64,000 bases of DNA from an uncultured virus (IMG/VR IMGVR_UViG_2619619299_000002) (taxonomy: Duplodnaviria > Heunggongvirae > Uroviricota > Caudoviricetes). The stretch is from the IMG/VR virus record IMGVR_UViG_2619619299_000002. The stretch is one strand, 5' to 3'. Both the position numbers and the translations under genes were made by a program. The notes beneath the pieces were generated by a model. The model was not told the DNA's origin and made no database searches. It saw only the letters and a program-made list of their open reading frames with translations. Within the stretch, counting starts at the first letter, position 1. Each line of letters starts with the position of its first letter. Shown here in pieces: positions 18,464-27,416 of this stretch.

Positions 18464-18486
18464 AAGCCCGGCGCTGGGCCGGGCTT
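18464..18486. terminator. Hairpin terminator downstream of the PIN gene
   Basis: AAGCCCGGC-loop-GCCGGGCTT. Confidence 0.7.
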
Positions 18487-18504
18487 GGGGAGTCTAAATT
18501 AAAA

Positions 18505-19002
18505 CTAAGGCCTCTCGATAACAAGCCTGGCCTGGAGTACGTCTAGTAGGTCGAATGATGTGATGTAGTTGACATCAAAATCCTTGCAAATATTTGGGAT
18601 TTTAATTTTTTTGCTATTATCGGGGGCTAAAACCTCATGAGTCACAATGGTTTTACCGGTCGTGGCTGCTTTCGCAATTAACCATGGATCTGCACCACCT
18701 AAGAAACGAATCTTTTCAGGATCTGTAGGGAGTTTCATACTCATTACATGCTCAGCAATTCGCCCGAAAAACTCCTGAGTATCCTTGTCGTCAATTGTAT
18801 CGAACTGCGCTTGACGTATCTTTACCCAATCCGATAGCTCATCACCATAATCGGACAATTCCTTGTACACCATGGTTATGCTCGATAGTTGTCCTAGCTG
18901 AAAAGCCGTATCGAGCCAATCCCAAAAGCCAGGACAAAAATTCATTCGATAGTGAGCGTTTTTAGCTTGTATATAAGAGTTGGCATCTAGCAGGTAGCTC
19001 AA
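18505..19002 (-). CDS. DUF4411-family PIN-domain protein
   Basis: YLLDAN start, ADPWLIAKA, IVTHE and KIKIPNIC motifs. Confidence 0.85.
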   Translation of the reverse strand: MSYLLDANSYIQAKNAHYRMNFCPGFWDWLDTAFQLGQLSSITMVYKELSDYGDELSDWVKIRQAQFDTIDDKDTQEFFGRIAEHVMSMKLPTDPEKIRFLGGADPWLIAKAATTGKTIVTHEVLAPDNSKKIKIPNICKDFDVNYITSFDLLDVLQARLVIERP

Positions 19003-20132
19003 AATCCAAGTTCCTTCTTAGAATATTCAGAAATCTTGTGTGGCTTTATTCCCATCAGCCTAGAGGCATCCCTGAATAGCATGCGGCCACTCAATGCCTC
19101 ACTCGCCACGGCTTTGGCCAGAGTCTTACTGATTCGTCCAGTCTGTAGTCGCGAGTAGGGAGGAGCTCCATCTTTATTTCTGGCTTTGTGCGCTGCTATT
19201 TTGCTGCCAATGAAATTACTGTAATCAGCTTGGCTGATGAACCCCAGCGTCAATGCGCGCCTAGCAATCACCCACTCACTGACATGGAATGTCCGTGTGA
19301 TGAAAGGGAGGTTATCTTTCCAATCCTCAAAATGCTTCCAGGCAATACGAAACTCACGTTCTGGCGCCAGCAGTTCAGCGGCAACGGCATTGCAGAATAT
19401 CTCTTCTCTATTGTGCGTTTGTGGCTCTGCGTCAGATACGCCAGACTTCCCAATCCAGATATGCGTAAGCTCGTGGATGAGAGTGAAGAGTCGGGCCTCG
19501 GGGCAATCGGCAGTATTGACGAATATTACAGGAGCTAGAGCGTCGCTCATCGCAAAGCCGCGAAACTCATCAACCGATAGAGGTCTACTTGTATTGTTGT
19601 TGACAATACTATTGCGCATAACCAGAATTCCGATGTTTTCTATGCTTTGAACCAGCTTAGAAAAATAATCATCGAAAGTTCCGCGTTTTGGCATTTCAGG
19701 TATTTCCAGCTCCTCCCGCATGCTAACCACAACTGCGGGAACTCCATCGTTAATACTTAGGATGCCAACTACTTCGTTTTTCTCATATCCCTGGGAAGTT
19801 AACCAGCTACGGTACCAATCTTGTCGTTCCATCGCCCAACGGATTGTGTCTCTGAGAGCGAGACTATAGCTTGGCTCTCGACCGTTAACGGTTCTAAGGT
19901 CGGGTAGAGGCAGGTCTTCAACAGGCGGTTTTGCTAGATACAAATAGCCAAAAGGGATGTGGGTATGATGCGCGTAGTTCATGGCCTGGTTAAAAGAAGG
20001 CCGTTTCGCTCCGTCTTCCCAAGCAAGCACATTGTCCTCAGCTGTCCCGATACTTTTCGCAAGCGTGCCCGCGCTGATTCTCGCCCTGGAACGGGCCCAT
20101 CTCAGTATTTCTGGGTTGATTAGCGCTTCCAT
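18999..20132 (-). CDS. XRE-HTH plus ImmA/IrrE (M78) metallopeptidase
   Basis: N-terminal HTH (LRWARSR...WEDGAKRPS); RLFTLIHELTH HExxH; E.FCNAVAAELLAP. Confidence 0.9.
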   Translation of the reverse strand: MEALINPEILRWARSRARISAGTLAKSIGTAEDNVLAWEDGAKRPSFNQAMNYAHHTHIPFGYLYLAKPPVEDLPLPDLRTVNGREPSYSLALRDTIRWAMERQDWYRSWLTSQGYEKNEVVGILSINDGVPAVVVSMREELEIPEMPKRGTFDDYFSKLVQSIENIGILVMRNSIVNNNTSRPLSVDEFRGFAMSDALAPVIFVNTADCPEARLFTLIHELTHIWIGKSGVSDAEPQTHNREEIFCNAVAAELLAPEREFRIAWKHFEDWKDNLPFITRTFHVSEWVIARRALTLGFISQADYSNFIGSKIAAHKARNKDGAPPYSRLQTGRISKTLAKAVASEALSGRMLFRDASRLMGIKPHKISEYSKKELGF

Positions 20133-20297
20133 GTGCGAAACCTTTCTTTAGACATTACACAAACACCTAGCATGGGCCTGACTCTACGCGACATAGACGG
20201 ACTCTAAAAGCTATTCGTCACCGATGAGCCAGGCCGTTCATCGTGCAGCTCGCGCGCCGCACCTGCTAAGGCTTAGCTCTCGTGATTTGCCCCGCCC

Positions 20298-20519
20298 TCA
20301 TCTCATCCGCACTCCATAGAAGTGGTTCAGAGCTATCAGCTCAAACACGGCCACGAAAGCGCAGAGAACAATAAAGCCAGGGCTGAAGACCCTCTTGCGG
20401 CCTGATGAGCCCCAGCTAAGACCAGCCGCGTCGGAGTAGCCGGGAATCATCATAAGGAAAGCCAGGCAAGCAATGACCCCAACCTTGCTCCAGAAGCTCT
20501 GCTCTCGCCATGCAGTCAT
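20298..20519 (-). CDS. Small two-TM membrane protein
   Basis: 73 aa with two hydrophobic segments. Confidence 0.6.
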   Translation of the reverse strand: MTAWREQSFWSKVGVIACLAFLMMIPGYSDAAGLSWGSSGRKRVFSPGFIVLCAFVAVFELIALNHFYGVRMR

Positions 20520-20524
20520 CCGCG

Positions 20525-20749
20525 CTATTCCGTAACCCGCTTTATTCGGCCGGCCTTCACTTCTTCGGCGTAACCCACCAACCTGTCGGCTTCCTCATAG
20601 AGCGTGCCAACCAGGCCCATCAGGGCTATGGCGTCGGCATCGCTGAGTCGGCTGGCCAGCCTGCCCAGGTCAGCACAGGACTGCTCAAGGTTGAAGGCGA
20701 TGGCCTCGAGGTCGCGGCGCAGTTGCTGGTTGGGTTTGGTGAGGGACAT
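20525..20749 (-). CDS. Small helical hypothetical protein
   Basis: MSLTKPNQQL with AAGGA SD. Confidence 0.7.
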   Translation of the reverse strand: MSLTKPNQQLRRDLEAIAFNLEQSCADLGRLASRLSDADAIALMGLVGTLYEEADRLVGYAEEVKAGRIKRVTE

Positions 20750-20853
20750 GGCAATTTCCTTCAAATTCATTCAATTAAGCCAAAAACCGCCTAACGATCA
20801 ATTTTTGAAAAGTGTCCGAGATCTATATTTTGTCAATTTATCGAAAAATATAT

Positions 20854-21591
20854 CTATCGGGCGTACATACCCCACCAAAATACGTGCCCCAAGATGGCGA
20901 TTTGCTCATCCTGCATCTGCTGGAAGCTGTAATCCTCGTCCGGATGGTCGTCGCGATTGAAGCTTCGCAGCCTGATCCCCGATGGAAGTCTGAAAACCTG
21001 CTTAACGCGCATCTGGCCGTTGTGATTTATGGCATAGAGGTCGCCGTCGATGATGTCGCCTAGGCTGGTCTTGCCCAAGTCGATGCCCACCGTCGCGCCA
21101 TCACGCAATACCGGGGTCATACTGTTGCCGCGGACCGTCACGCACTTCGCATTGCTGAACTGAACACCGTTTTCGCGGAGGTTCTTTTTGCGGAAGCGAA
21201 GAGTCTCGCCTTCATCCTCCTGAATGACAAAGCGGCCCGATCCGGCGGCCAGCTCCACTTCGCGGAGAAATGGAACCTCAACCTCATCATCGTCGAGCGG
21301 GGTCTTCTCGTCCCAGCCTGCGATCGGCTTCAGTGAGCTGGCATTCGATTCTATGGCGGCGTTTGCGGGCACCTTAATCAACTGAGGGCTGTCGAGATAG
21401 CCAGGCTTGAGCCCCACCGCTAGCTCTATTTTTCGCGCCAACGCGTGCCCAAGGTTTCGCTTTGGGTTTGGCGAGACGATAAGACTTATTACCGAAGGCG
21501 CGGTGCCGCAGGCTTCAGCAAATTCGGCTTGAGTATTCCAGCGAGCCGCAAGGGCTCTCAGGTTGTTGCGGCGTATTTCGTTCGTATCCAT
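20854..21591 (-). CDS. cI: CI-like repressor with S24 autopeptidase domain
   Basis: N-terminal HTH; AAGSG cleavage site, VRGNSM and RVKQ catalytic motifs; divergent from cro. Confidence 0.92.
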   Translation of the reverse strand: MDTNEIRRNNLRALAARWNTQAEFAEACGTAPSVISLIVSPNPKRNLGHALARKIELAVGLKPGYLDSPQLIKVPANAAIESNASSLKPIAGWDEKTPLDDDEVEVPFLREVELAAGSGRFVIQEDEGETLRFRKKNLRENGVQFSNAKCVTVRGNSMTPVLRDGATVGIDLGKTSLGDIIDGDLYAINHNGQMRVKQVFRLPSGIRLRSFNRDDHPDEDYSFQQMQDEQIAILGHVFWWGMYAR

Positions 21592-21609
21592 CCATAGATG
21601 ATCCCTCTT

Positions 21610-21678
21610 TTTATCTATCTGATAAATAATCTCCATGATCAATTGCCGCTTGCCTTGAAATTATCAATGAGATAAATT
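21610..21678 (+). promoter_or_regulatory. oR operators and pR promoter
   Basis: TTTATC-TATCT-GATAAA (21610-21626) and ATTATC-AATGA-GATAAA (21660-21676); TTGCCT-N17-TAAATT; same consensus as at pL. Confidence 0.78.
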
Positions 21679-21700
21679 TGATTTATCTCAAAACAAGGTA

Positions 21701-21943
21701 ATGAAGATGAAAACCCCCATTCCCGATATGCAGGCATGGCTTACCCATGCATGCGCTGATGAGCGCCAACGGGTTGCCGACGAGTCGGGAATTTCCGTGG
21801 GCTACCTGTGGCTGATTGCCGGCGGGCACCGGAAGCCGTCCGAAGGCGTTGCCACGAAGATTCACAAGGCAACCAGCGGCCAGGTCTCGGCTTTCTCTTT
21901 CTTCCCGAAGCTAGCGGCAATTGCTGCTGAGACTGCCGCCTGA
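21701..21943 (+). CDS. cro: Cro-like HTH protein
   Basis: Position divergent from cI; GISVGYLWLIAGGHRKPS HTH. Confidence 0.8.
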   Translation: MKMKTPIPDMQAWLTHACADERQRVADESGISVGYLWLIAGGHRKPSEGVATKIHKATSGQVSAFSFFPKLAAIAAETAA

Positions 21944-22007
21944 CATTCCTGTCCGCCGTTCCATTGAAGCCATCTTGACCGCAATCGACCCAAGGAAAAA
22001 CTAGGAC

Positions 22008-22475
22008 ATGAAAACGCCCGTACTAGAGACCCGCCGCCAAGTAATGGCGGCCGTGTCCAACGCTTTCCCTGGCGGGATGGATTGCGCAGCTGCTCGCCTC
22101 GGCATCAAGGACAAGCGTCTGGAGAACCAGATTTACGAAACCGCCGGGTGCAAGCCGCTGAGCGATACCGAGATCTTCGTGCTGGAAAGCGAAACGAAGA
22201 CCGAGCATCTGCCGGACTACATCTGCGCGATGTACGGCGGTGTGTTCGTAAAGATCCCGGAGGCGGGGGAGCTGGACAACGTCGACCTGTATCAGCGCTC
22301 TTTGGCTGCATCTGCACAGCGCGGCGCTCTTGACCAGATGGTGGCTTCTGCTCTGGAAGACGGCGAGATCGACTCGAACGAAGCAAAGAAAATCCGCGCC
22401 CTGCACGCCAAGTACATGTCGGCAAGCCTTGAGGCTGTGGCGGCGGTGATTGAACTGCACAAAGCCCGCGCATAA
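22008..22475 (+). CDS. CII-like / YmfL-like regulatory protein
   Basis: Position after cro; FPGG...AAARLG and ALEDGEIDSNE motifs. Confidence 0.7.
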   Translation: MKTPVLETRRQVMAAVSNAFPGGMDCAAARLGIKDKRLENQIYETAGCKPLSDTEIFVLESETKTEHLPDYICAMYGGVFVKIPEAGELDNVDLYQRSLAASAQRGALDQMVASALEDGEIDSNEAKKIRALHAKYMSASLEAVAAVIELHKARA

Positions 22476-22536
22476 ATCGTAGGCACAAAAAAGCCAGGTT
22501 CGTGGCCTGGCTCATTGCTACTTCAGCGAGGCAATA

Positions 22537-23388
22537 ATGAATACACAATCTATCCCCGTCAATACCCCCAACATTCCCGCGCCACGTTTTTCGCAGTCTG
22601 AAAACGTGGCGCGCAACTCCTCAGTAATTCCGTTCGACTTCGACGGCGCCGCGATCCGGGTCATCACCGACAAGCTCGGTGATCCGTGGTTTGTTGCCCG
22701 GGACGTCGCTGATGCCCTTGGTTACTCCAAACCGGAGAATGCCGTGGCCCGCCACTGCAAGGCCGCGACCACTACCCCGAAACAGGGTGGTGGTTTCATG
22801 ACCATCATCCCGGAGCGCGACCTGTACCGACTGGTGATGAAGTCGAAGCTGCCGGCCGCCGAGAAGTTTGAAGAGTGGGTTGTGGGCCAGGTGCTGCCGA
22901 GCATCCGCAAGACCGGCACCTTTTCTGCCCAAGGCCCGAACAACTCCAAGATCGTCGGCGAGCTGGCAATCCTTGAGTGCTTCGACCGCCTACTGAAGCC
23001 CGCCCCCTCCAGCAAGATGATGATGCTTGCGCAGATCGCCGCCAACAACGGACTGGATGCCAAATTCCTTCCAGGCTATGCCGTGGACGCCGCCCCTGAT
23101 GCCGCTGGCGGCTCTTCGATGCCCACCAAAGCAATCACCACCCTTATCAAAGATCACGCCATCGCCAGCACCGCACGCGCCTTCAACCTTGCATTGGAGG
23201 CCCACGGCTTCCTGAAGGTCTTGCAGCGCAAAAACTCCAAACAGGAAATGGTGGACTTCTGGTCTGTGACCGAGAAGGGCATGGCCTACGGCAAGAACCT
23301 CACCAGCCCTCAATGCCCCCGCGAGACGCAACCTCACTGGTACGTGGATCGCTTCCTTGAATTGGCCGCTAAGGTCGGGAAGGCCTGA
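22537..23388 (+). CDS. Bro-N domain antirepressor
   Basis: PWFVARDVADALGY and FEEWVVGQVLPSIRKTG motifs. Confidence 0.88.
   Translation: MNTQSIPVNTPNIPAPRFSQSENVARNSSVIPFDFDGAAIRVITDKLGDPWFVARDVADALGYSKPENAVARHCKAATTTPKQGGGFMTIIPERDLYRLVMKSKLPAAEKFEEWVVGQVLPSIRKTGTFSAQGPNNSKIVGELAILECFDRLLKPAPSSKMMMLAQIAANNGLDAKFLPGYAVDAAPDAAGGSSMPTKAITTLIKDHAIASTARAFNLALEAHGFLKVLQRKNSKQEMVDFWSVTEKGMAYGKNLTSPQCPRETQPHWYVDRFLELAAKVGKA
22578..22613. repeat. Palindromic element copy 2: CGCGCCACGTTTT-N10-AAAACGTGGCGCG
   Basis: Perfect 13-bp inverted repeat. Confidence 0.85.
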
Positions 23389-23389
23389 C

Positions 23390-24367
23390 ATGCAATACAC
23401 CGTCACGATTAACCAGGTGAAGGCGCTGGAGTGGGGGCTGAATTCTCAGCAGGCCCTGCTGTTCGCCTTCGTCTACGGCTGCCCGAGCTGGACCAAGCCA
23501 ATCAAGACTGATGACGGGATCTTCTTCGCGCTGAGCAAGGCCAAGATCATCGAGGAGCTACCGCTGCTCACTGACAAGCCGGACACCGCTTACCGCATGC
23601 TGAAGGCCCTGGAAGAGGCCGGCTTGATTGAGCTTTCCAGCACTTCGAACATCACACTTTTCCGCCTCACTGAGAAGGCCGTCGAGTGGAACCAGAAGCT
23701 TGACGGGTCGGAAAAATATCCGACCCCACCAAAAAACAAAGGTCGGAAAAATATCCGATCTACCTCGGATAAATCTCCGAGCAAGGTCGGAAAAAAATCC
23801 GAGCAAGGGTCGGATAAATCTCCGACAAATCAGGATACCAATCATCAGGGTACCAATCAGGACACCAGTCAGGACTTGCAGGACGCCACCGGCAAGCCGG
23901 CTCAGTCCCGCGGCTTGGTGCTGGTGGTTGATCGTGCCGACGCTCCACGGGTTGAAATCCCCGCCGACATGCCCGGCCCCAAAGACCAGACCTGCAAAAC
24001 CTTCAAGGTTTGGGCGAACTACGCCATGGCCTACCGCAAGCGCTACAGCGCCTGGCCGGTGTGGAACGCCAAGGTCGGTGGTCAGCTCGGCCAACTGGTC
24101 GACCGCCTCGGCGCCGATGTCGCCCACCACGTCGCAGCCCACTTCCTGAAAACCAGTGATGCCACCGTTCTGCGCAAGTGCCACAGCCTCAACGAGCTGC
24201 TGGCCAACGCCGAGAGCTACCACACCCAGTGGGTGACCGGGCAGCGCGTCAACGGCACAACCGCCCGCCAGATGGAACGGACTGAGGCAAACCTCTCCGC
24301 AGCCGAGCAGGCCGCTCAGATGGTTCTGGCCAAGCGCCAAGCAGGTGACCGCAATGAATACCTCTGA
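23390..24367 (+). CDS. Phage replication initiator
   Basis: N-terminal winged-helix-like region; internal iteron cluster. Confidence 0.85.
   Translation: MQYTVTINQVKALEWGLNSQQALLFAFVYGCPSWTKPIKTDDGIFFALSKAKIIEELPLLTDKPDTAYRMLKALEEAGLIELSSTSNITLFRLTEKAVEWNQKLDGSEKYPTPPKNKGRKNIRSTSDKSPSKVGKKSEQGSDKSPTNQDTNHQGTNQDTSQDLQDATGKPAQSRGLVLVVDRADAPRVEIPADMPGPKDQTCKTFKVWANYAMAYRKRYSAWPVWNAKVGGQLGQLVDRLGADVAHHVAAHFLKTSDATVLRKCHSLNELLANAESYHTQWVTGQRVNGTTARQMERTEANLSAAEQAAQMVLAKRQAGDRNEYL
23708..23825. repeat. Replication origin: five palindromic iterons TCGGA-N6-TCCGA
   Basis: Copies at 23708, 23743, 23765, 23787 and 23810 (spacing 35, 22, 22, 23), followed by TCAGG-containing short repeats. Confidence 0.85.
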
Positions 24368-25151
24368 AATGAACGACCAGCAGGTCGCCGGGCTGGCCGC
24401 TGCTATCTGCGCGACGGCCGAGGCCATGGGCCAGGAAATGAACCCCGGTACGGCGGCGATGATGGCCGAAGACCTCTGTGCCTACCCGGTGCCTGTCGTC
24501 AAAGCCGCTTTGAAGGCGTGCCGCTTCGAAGTGAAGGGCAAGCTGGCGATGGCCGACATTCTGCAGCGCGTCCAGTCCTCCGATGGACGCCCGGGCAAGG
24601 ATGAGGCCTGGGCTATCGCCATGACCACCAACGACGAATTCGAAACGGTGGTGTTGACCGACGAGATCCAGCTGGCCCTGGCCGTTGCGAAACCCATATT
24701 GGACGGTGGCGACAAAATCGGCGCGCGCATGGCGTTCATTGACGCCTATCAGCGGTTCGTGTGCCAGGCCCGCGAGGATGCGAAGCCTATCAATTGGCAC
24801 GTCTCTGTGGGCTTCGATGCCAGCCGCCGTATCCAGGCTATTACCAGGGCCGTGGAGTTGAAGCGTATTCCCTGTGACCACGGCCAGAAGTACCTGGCAG
24901 ACCTTAGCGTTGAGCCGATCACCGAGGATGGTCGCGCCATTGCCGGTCTGCTCACCGGTGCCGTCACCCGGGCAGAGCCGGTACTTCGCCAAAAACTGGA
25001 GATCGTGAAGAGCTCGATGCTGGAAATGCGGAGGGCCAGCGAAGAACGGAAGCTCGAAATGCGGATTGAAGCGGCCAACGAATTGGCAGATCGCCGGGCA
25101 CTGCTCATCAAGCAGGCGCAGGAACTGGAAGAGAAGAGGGCGGCGCAATGA
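24354..25151 (+). CDS. Replication-associated protein (P-position, possible helicase loader)
   Basis: Follows the initiator; DGRPGKDEAW motif. Confidence 0.65.
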   Translation: MNTSEMNDQQVAGLAAAICATAEAMGQEMNPGTAAMMAEDLCAYPVPVVKAALKACRFEVKGKLAMADILQRVQSSDGRPGKDEAWAIAMTTNDEFETVVLTDEIQLALAVAKPILDGGDKIGARMAFIDAYQRFVCQAREDAKPINWHVSVGFDASRRIQAITRAVELKRIPCDHGQKYLADLSVEPITEDGRAIAGLLTGAVTRAEPVLRQKLEIVKSSMLEMRRASEERKLEMRIEAANELADRRALLIKQAQELEEKRAAQ

Positions 25152-25618
25152 CCGACAAGATCAGCGTCAACTGCCAGGCCAAGCTCACCGAGGCCATCAC
25201 ATGCCTGACCACCATGTACCGGAACAAGAAATTTGTGGTGGTCTCCCTGCGCCCGGGTAAGGACCGCACGCTTGAACAGAACCGGCTGTGGTTCGGGATG
25301 TACAAGCGAATCGCCGAAATGACCCAGATCGGCGATGCGGCGGACGCCCGGCGCTACTGCAAGCTGCACTTCGGTGTGCAGATCCTGCTGAACGAGGATG
25401 CTGGGTTCCAGGCCGAGTGGTACCGAGTGATGCGTCATCTGCCCTACGAAACGAAGCTGGCCATGATGGGTGAGTGCCACTTGTTTGGGCCGGACGGCTT
25501 CCCGGTGACCAGCCTGTTCAATCGCGCCCAGGGCATCAATTACACCGACCGCATCGCCACCTACTTCACAGGCCAAGGTGTGGTTTTCACTGATCTACTC
25601 AGCAAGGAGGCTGCATGA
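25148..25618 (+). CDS. NinB-like protein
   Basis: KDRTLEQNRLW motif; nin-region position. Confidence 0.6.
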   Translation: MTDKISVNCQAKLTEAITCLTTMYRNKKFVVVSLRPGKDRTLEQNRLWFGMYKRIAEMTQIGDAADARRYCKLHFGVQILLNEDAGFQAEWYRVMRHLPYETKLAMMGECHLFGPDGFPVTSLFNRAQGINYTDRIATYFTGQGVVFTDLLSKEAA

Positions 25619-26211
25619 TCGCCAAGCAACCCAAACAAAAGAAATGCAAGAACCCAGCGTGCGGCATCAGCTTCCCGCCGCAGCGCCTGGGCCAGGCCGT
25701 ATGCAGCCCGAAGTGCGGTCTTGCAATCAAGGACGTGAATCAGGCGAAGGCGCGCAAGTCGCTGGCACAGGTCGAGCGCCGCGAGATCAAAGTCCGAAAG
25801 GAGAAGCTGAAAAGCAGGGCGGATCACTTGCGCGAAGCCCAGGCCGCAGTGAACGAGTACGTGCGCCTGCGTGACGCGCGCCTGCCATGCATAAGTTGCG
25901 ACTCGACGCCGAACGACAACGACCTTATGACCGGTAGCCGCTGGGATGCGGGGCACTACCGGTCCGTCGGCGCCTGCCCGGAGCTGCGCTTCGAGCCGCT
26001 GAACATCCACCGCCAGTGTGTGAAGTGCAACCGCAACCTGTCCGGCAATGCTGTGGAGTACCGCATTCGCCTGCTGCTGCGTATCGGTGCAGAGAAGGTC
26101 GCATGGATCGAAGGGCCTCATGAGGCCCGCAAGTATACCGTCGAAGAGATCAAGGCCATCAAAGCCAAATACCGCGCATTGATCAGGGAACTGAAGAGGG
26201 CTGCAGCATGA
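25615..26211 (+). CDS. ninG: NinG/Rap recombination endonuclease
   Basis: RLRD..LPCISC, WDAGHYRSVGA and NIHRQCVKCN motifs. Confidence 0.92.
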   Translation: MIAKQPKQKKCKNPACGISFPPQRLGQAVCSPKCGLAIKDVNQAKARKSLAQVERREIKVRKEKLKSRADHLREAQAAVNEYVRLRDARLPCISCDSTPNDNDLMTGSRWDAGHYRSVGACPELRFEPLNIHRQCVKCNRNLSGNAVEYRIRLLLRIGAEKVAWIEGPHEARKYTVEEIKAIKAKYRALIRELKRAAA

Positions 26212-26756
26212 CCTATCGCAACGTTGTTTCAGCAGTAGTTCGGGCGCTCGCGGCCGAGACCATCAGTTCCGCCGGCGGCTGTGACTTTGAGCCGAAGGTA
26301 CAGTGTACCAAGCAGAAGGGGGAGATCATCGGTAAGGAGGCGGCATTTCTCCAGGATTGCTGGGTGTTTGGCAGACTGCACAAGGCGCTCGCACCGGCGC
26401 ACTGGCGGGCGTTGGTGGCGAAGTACTCTACGCACGAAGAGCGCAAGCACGGAGCCATTCTGGAGCTGCTGAACTCTGTGAAGACGCCAGCGCCGAAACG
26501 CTTCCGGGAATGTGCCGTGCTCACCTGGGCGATTCCGCAAGCGGCAGGTGCAGAGGGCAAGCGTTCCGCCGCGGTACTGCCAGCCGCCTGGTACGACATC
26601 ACCAACTGGGACAACGACGGCAAGCCGGAATCAACCCGCTACCGGTGGCGCTCGTCGATCCGCAAGGCGCTGGATGATCAAGTCAACGAAGCGCTGACAG
26701 CCGCTCAGGAACTGCTCGACTCAGAAGGCTTAATCGAAAGTTGTGCGGCGCAGTAA
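26208..26756 (+). CDS. Putative late antiterminator (Q position)
   Basis: Last early gene, followed by a promoter-terminator pair; C-terminal HTH-like PESTRYRW. Confidence 0.6.
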   Translation: MTYRNVVSAVVRALAAETISSAGGCDFEPKVQCTKQKGEIIGKEAAFLQDCWVFGRLHKALAPAHWRALVAKYSTHEERKHGAILELLNSVKTPAPKRFRECAVLTWAIPQAAGAEGKRSAAVLPAAWYDITNWDNDGKPESTRYRWRSSIRKALDDQVNEALTAAQELLDSEGLIESCAAQ

Positions 26757-26763
26757 ATAGCCA

Positions 26764-26859
26764 TTGCAATGAATGAGAAAATGAGAGATTATTTATCCAT
26801 CCTGTCGATCTTGCGCGTTGAGGTTACACAGTAAGGCCCGGCATGAAGTAGGGCTTTTT
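26764..26859 (+). promoter_or_regulatory. Putative late promoter pR' with terminator
   Basis: TTGCAA-N17-GATTAT, then an imperfect GCCC/GGGC hairpin with T5 at 26833-26859. Confidence 0.55.
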
Positions 26860-26877
26860 CATGTGAGACAAAGCAAG

Positions 26878-27141
26878 ATGCGGACTCTCTTACTTCTCGG
26901 AATGCTGCTCTCGCCATTGGCGCTCGCCGATCTAACCGAGCCCTCGCATGACTGCAATAAGCCCAGCGTCCCATACGAGTTTGAAGATGAGGACGAGCGC
27001 GATCAATTCAACGCAGATGTAGATGAATACAAAGCCTGCATTACGGACTTCGTAGAGGAGCAGGAGGACTCTATTCGAAAGCACAAGTCTGCAGCCGACG
27101 AAGCCATTGAAGAGTGGAACTCGTTCGCCCGATCGACATAG
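26878..27141 (+). CDS. Small secreted acidic protein
   Basis: Signal peptide MRTLLLLGMLLSPLALA; two Cys. Confidence 0.75.
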   Translation: MRTLLLLGMLLSPLALADLTEPSHDCNKPSVPYEFEDEDERDQFNADVDEYKACITDFVEEQEDSIRKHKSAADEAIEEWNSFARST

Positions 27142-27159
27142 CTGCCAAGCAGATATCCA

Positions 27160-27185
27160 GGCCTCGCCAAGTGCGGGGCTTTTTA
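27160..27185 (+). terminator. Rho-independent terminator
   Basis: GCCTCGC/GCGGGGC stem with T tail. Confidence 0.65.
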
Positions 27186-27222
27186 TTGCTTGCCGAAAAA
27201 ACAATGCAAAAGGAATTTGCAG

Positions 27223-27408
27223 ATGTTGAAAGAATTCAGATGCGGTAACTGCAAAAGACTTCTCGCCCGTGTGGGTGGGTTTACAGAGCTCCAGATCAAG
27301 TGTTCCCGATGCGGGACGCTGAATCATGTGAAGGCCACGAGCCTCGAGCAATCGCCTTTGAGCGACATGAAAGCGGAATTCTCCGCGACAAATCATTCGA
27401 CTCAATAG
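27223..27408 (+). CDS. com: Com-family zinc-finger regulator
   Basis: MLKEFRCGNCKRLLAR...LQIKCSRCGTLN, the Mu Com signature. Confidence 0.88.
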   Translation: MLKEFRCGNCKRLLARVGGFTELQIKCSRCGTLNHVKATSLEQSPLSDMKAEFSATNHSTQ

Positions 27409-27416
27409 GTGACAAA

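Noticed and set aside
21592..21642. N-terminal extension of cI given by the ORF track
   Set aside because: It overlaps the operator at 21610-21626; MDTNE at 21591 is the more plausible start
23708..23880. Short spaced repeats as a possible CRISPR array
   Set aside because: Spacers are only 6-19 nt, the repeats lie inside the initiator gene and no cas genes are present; these are origin iterons
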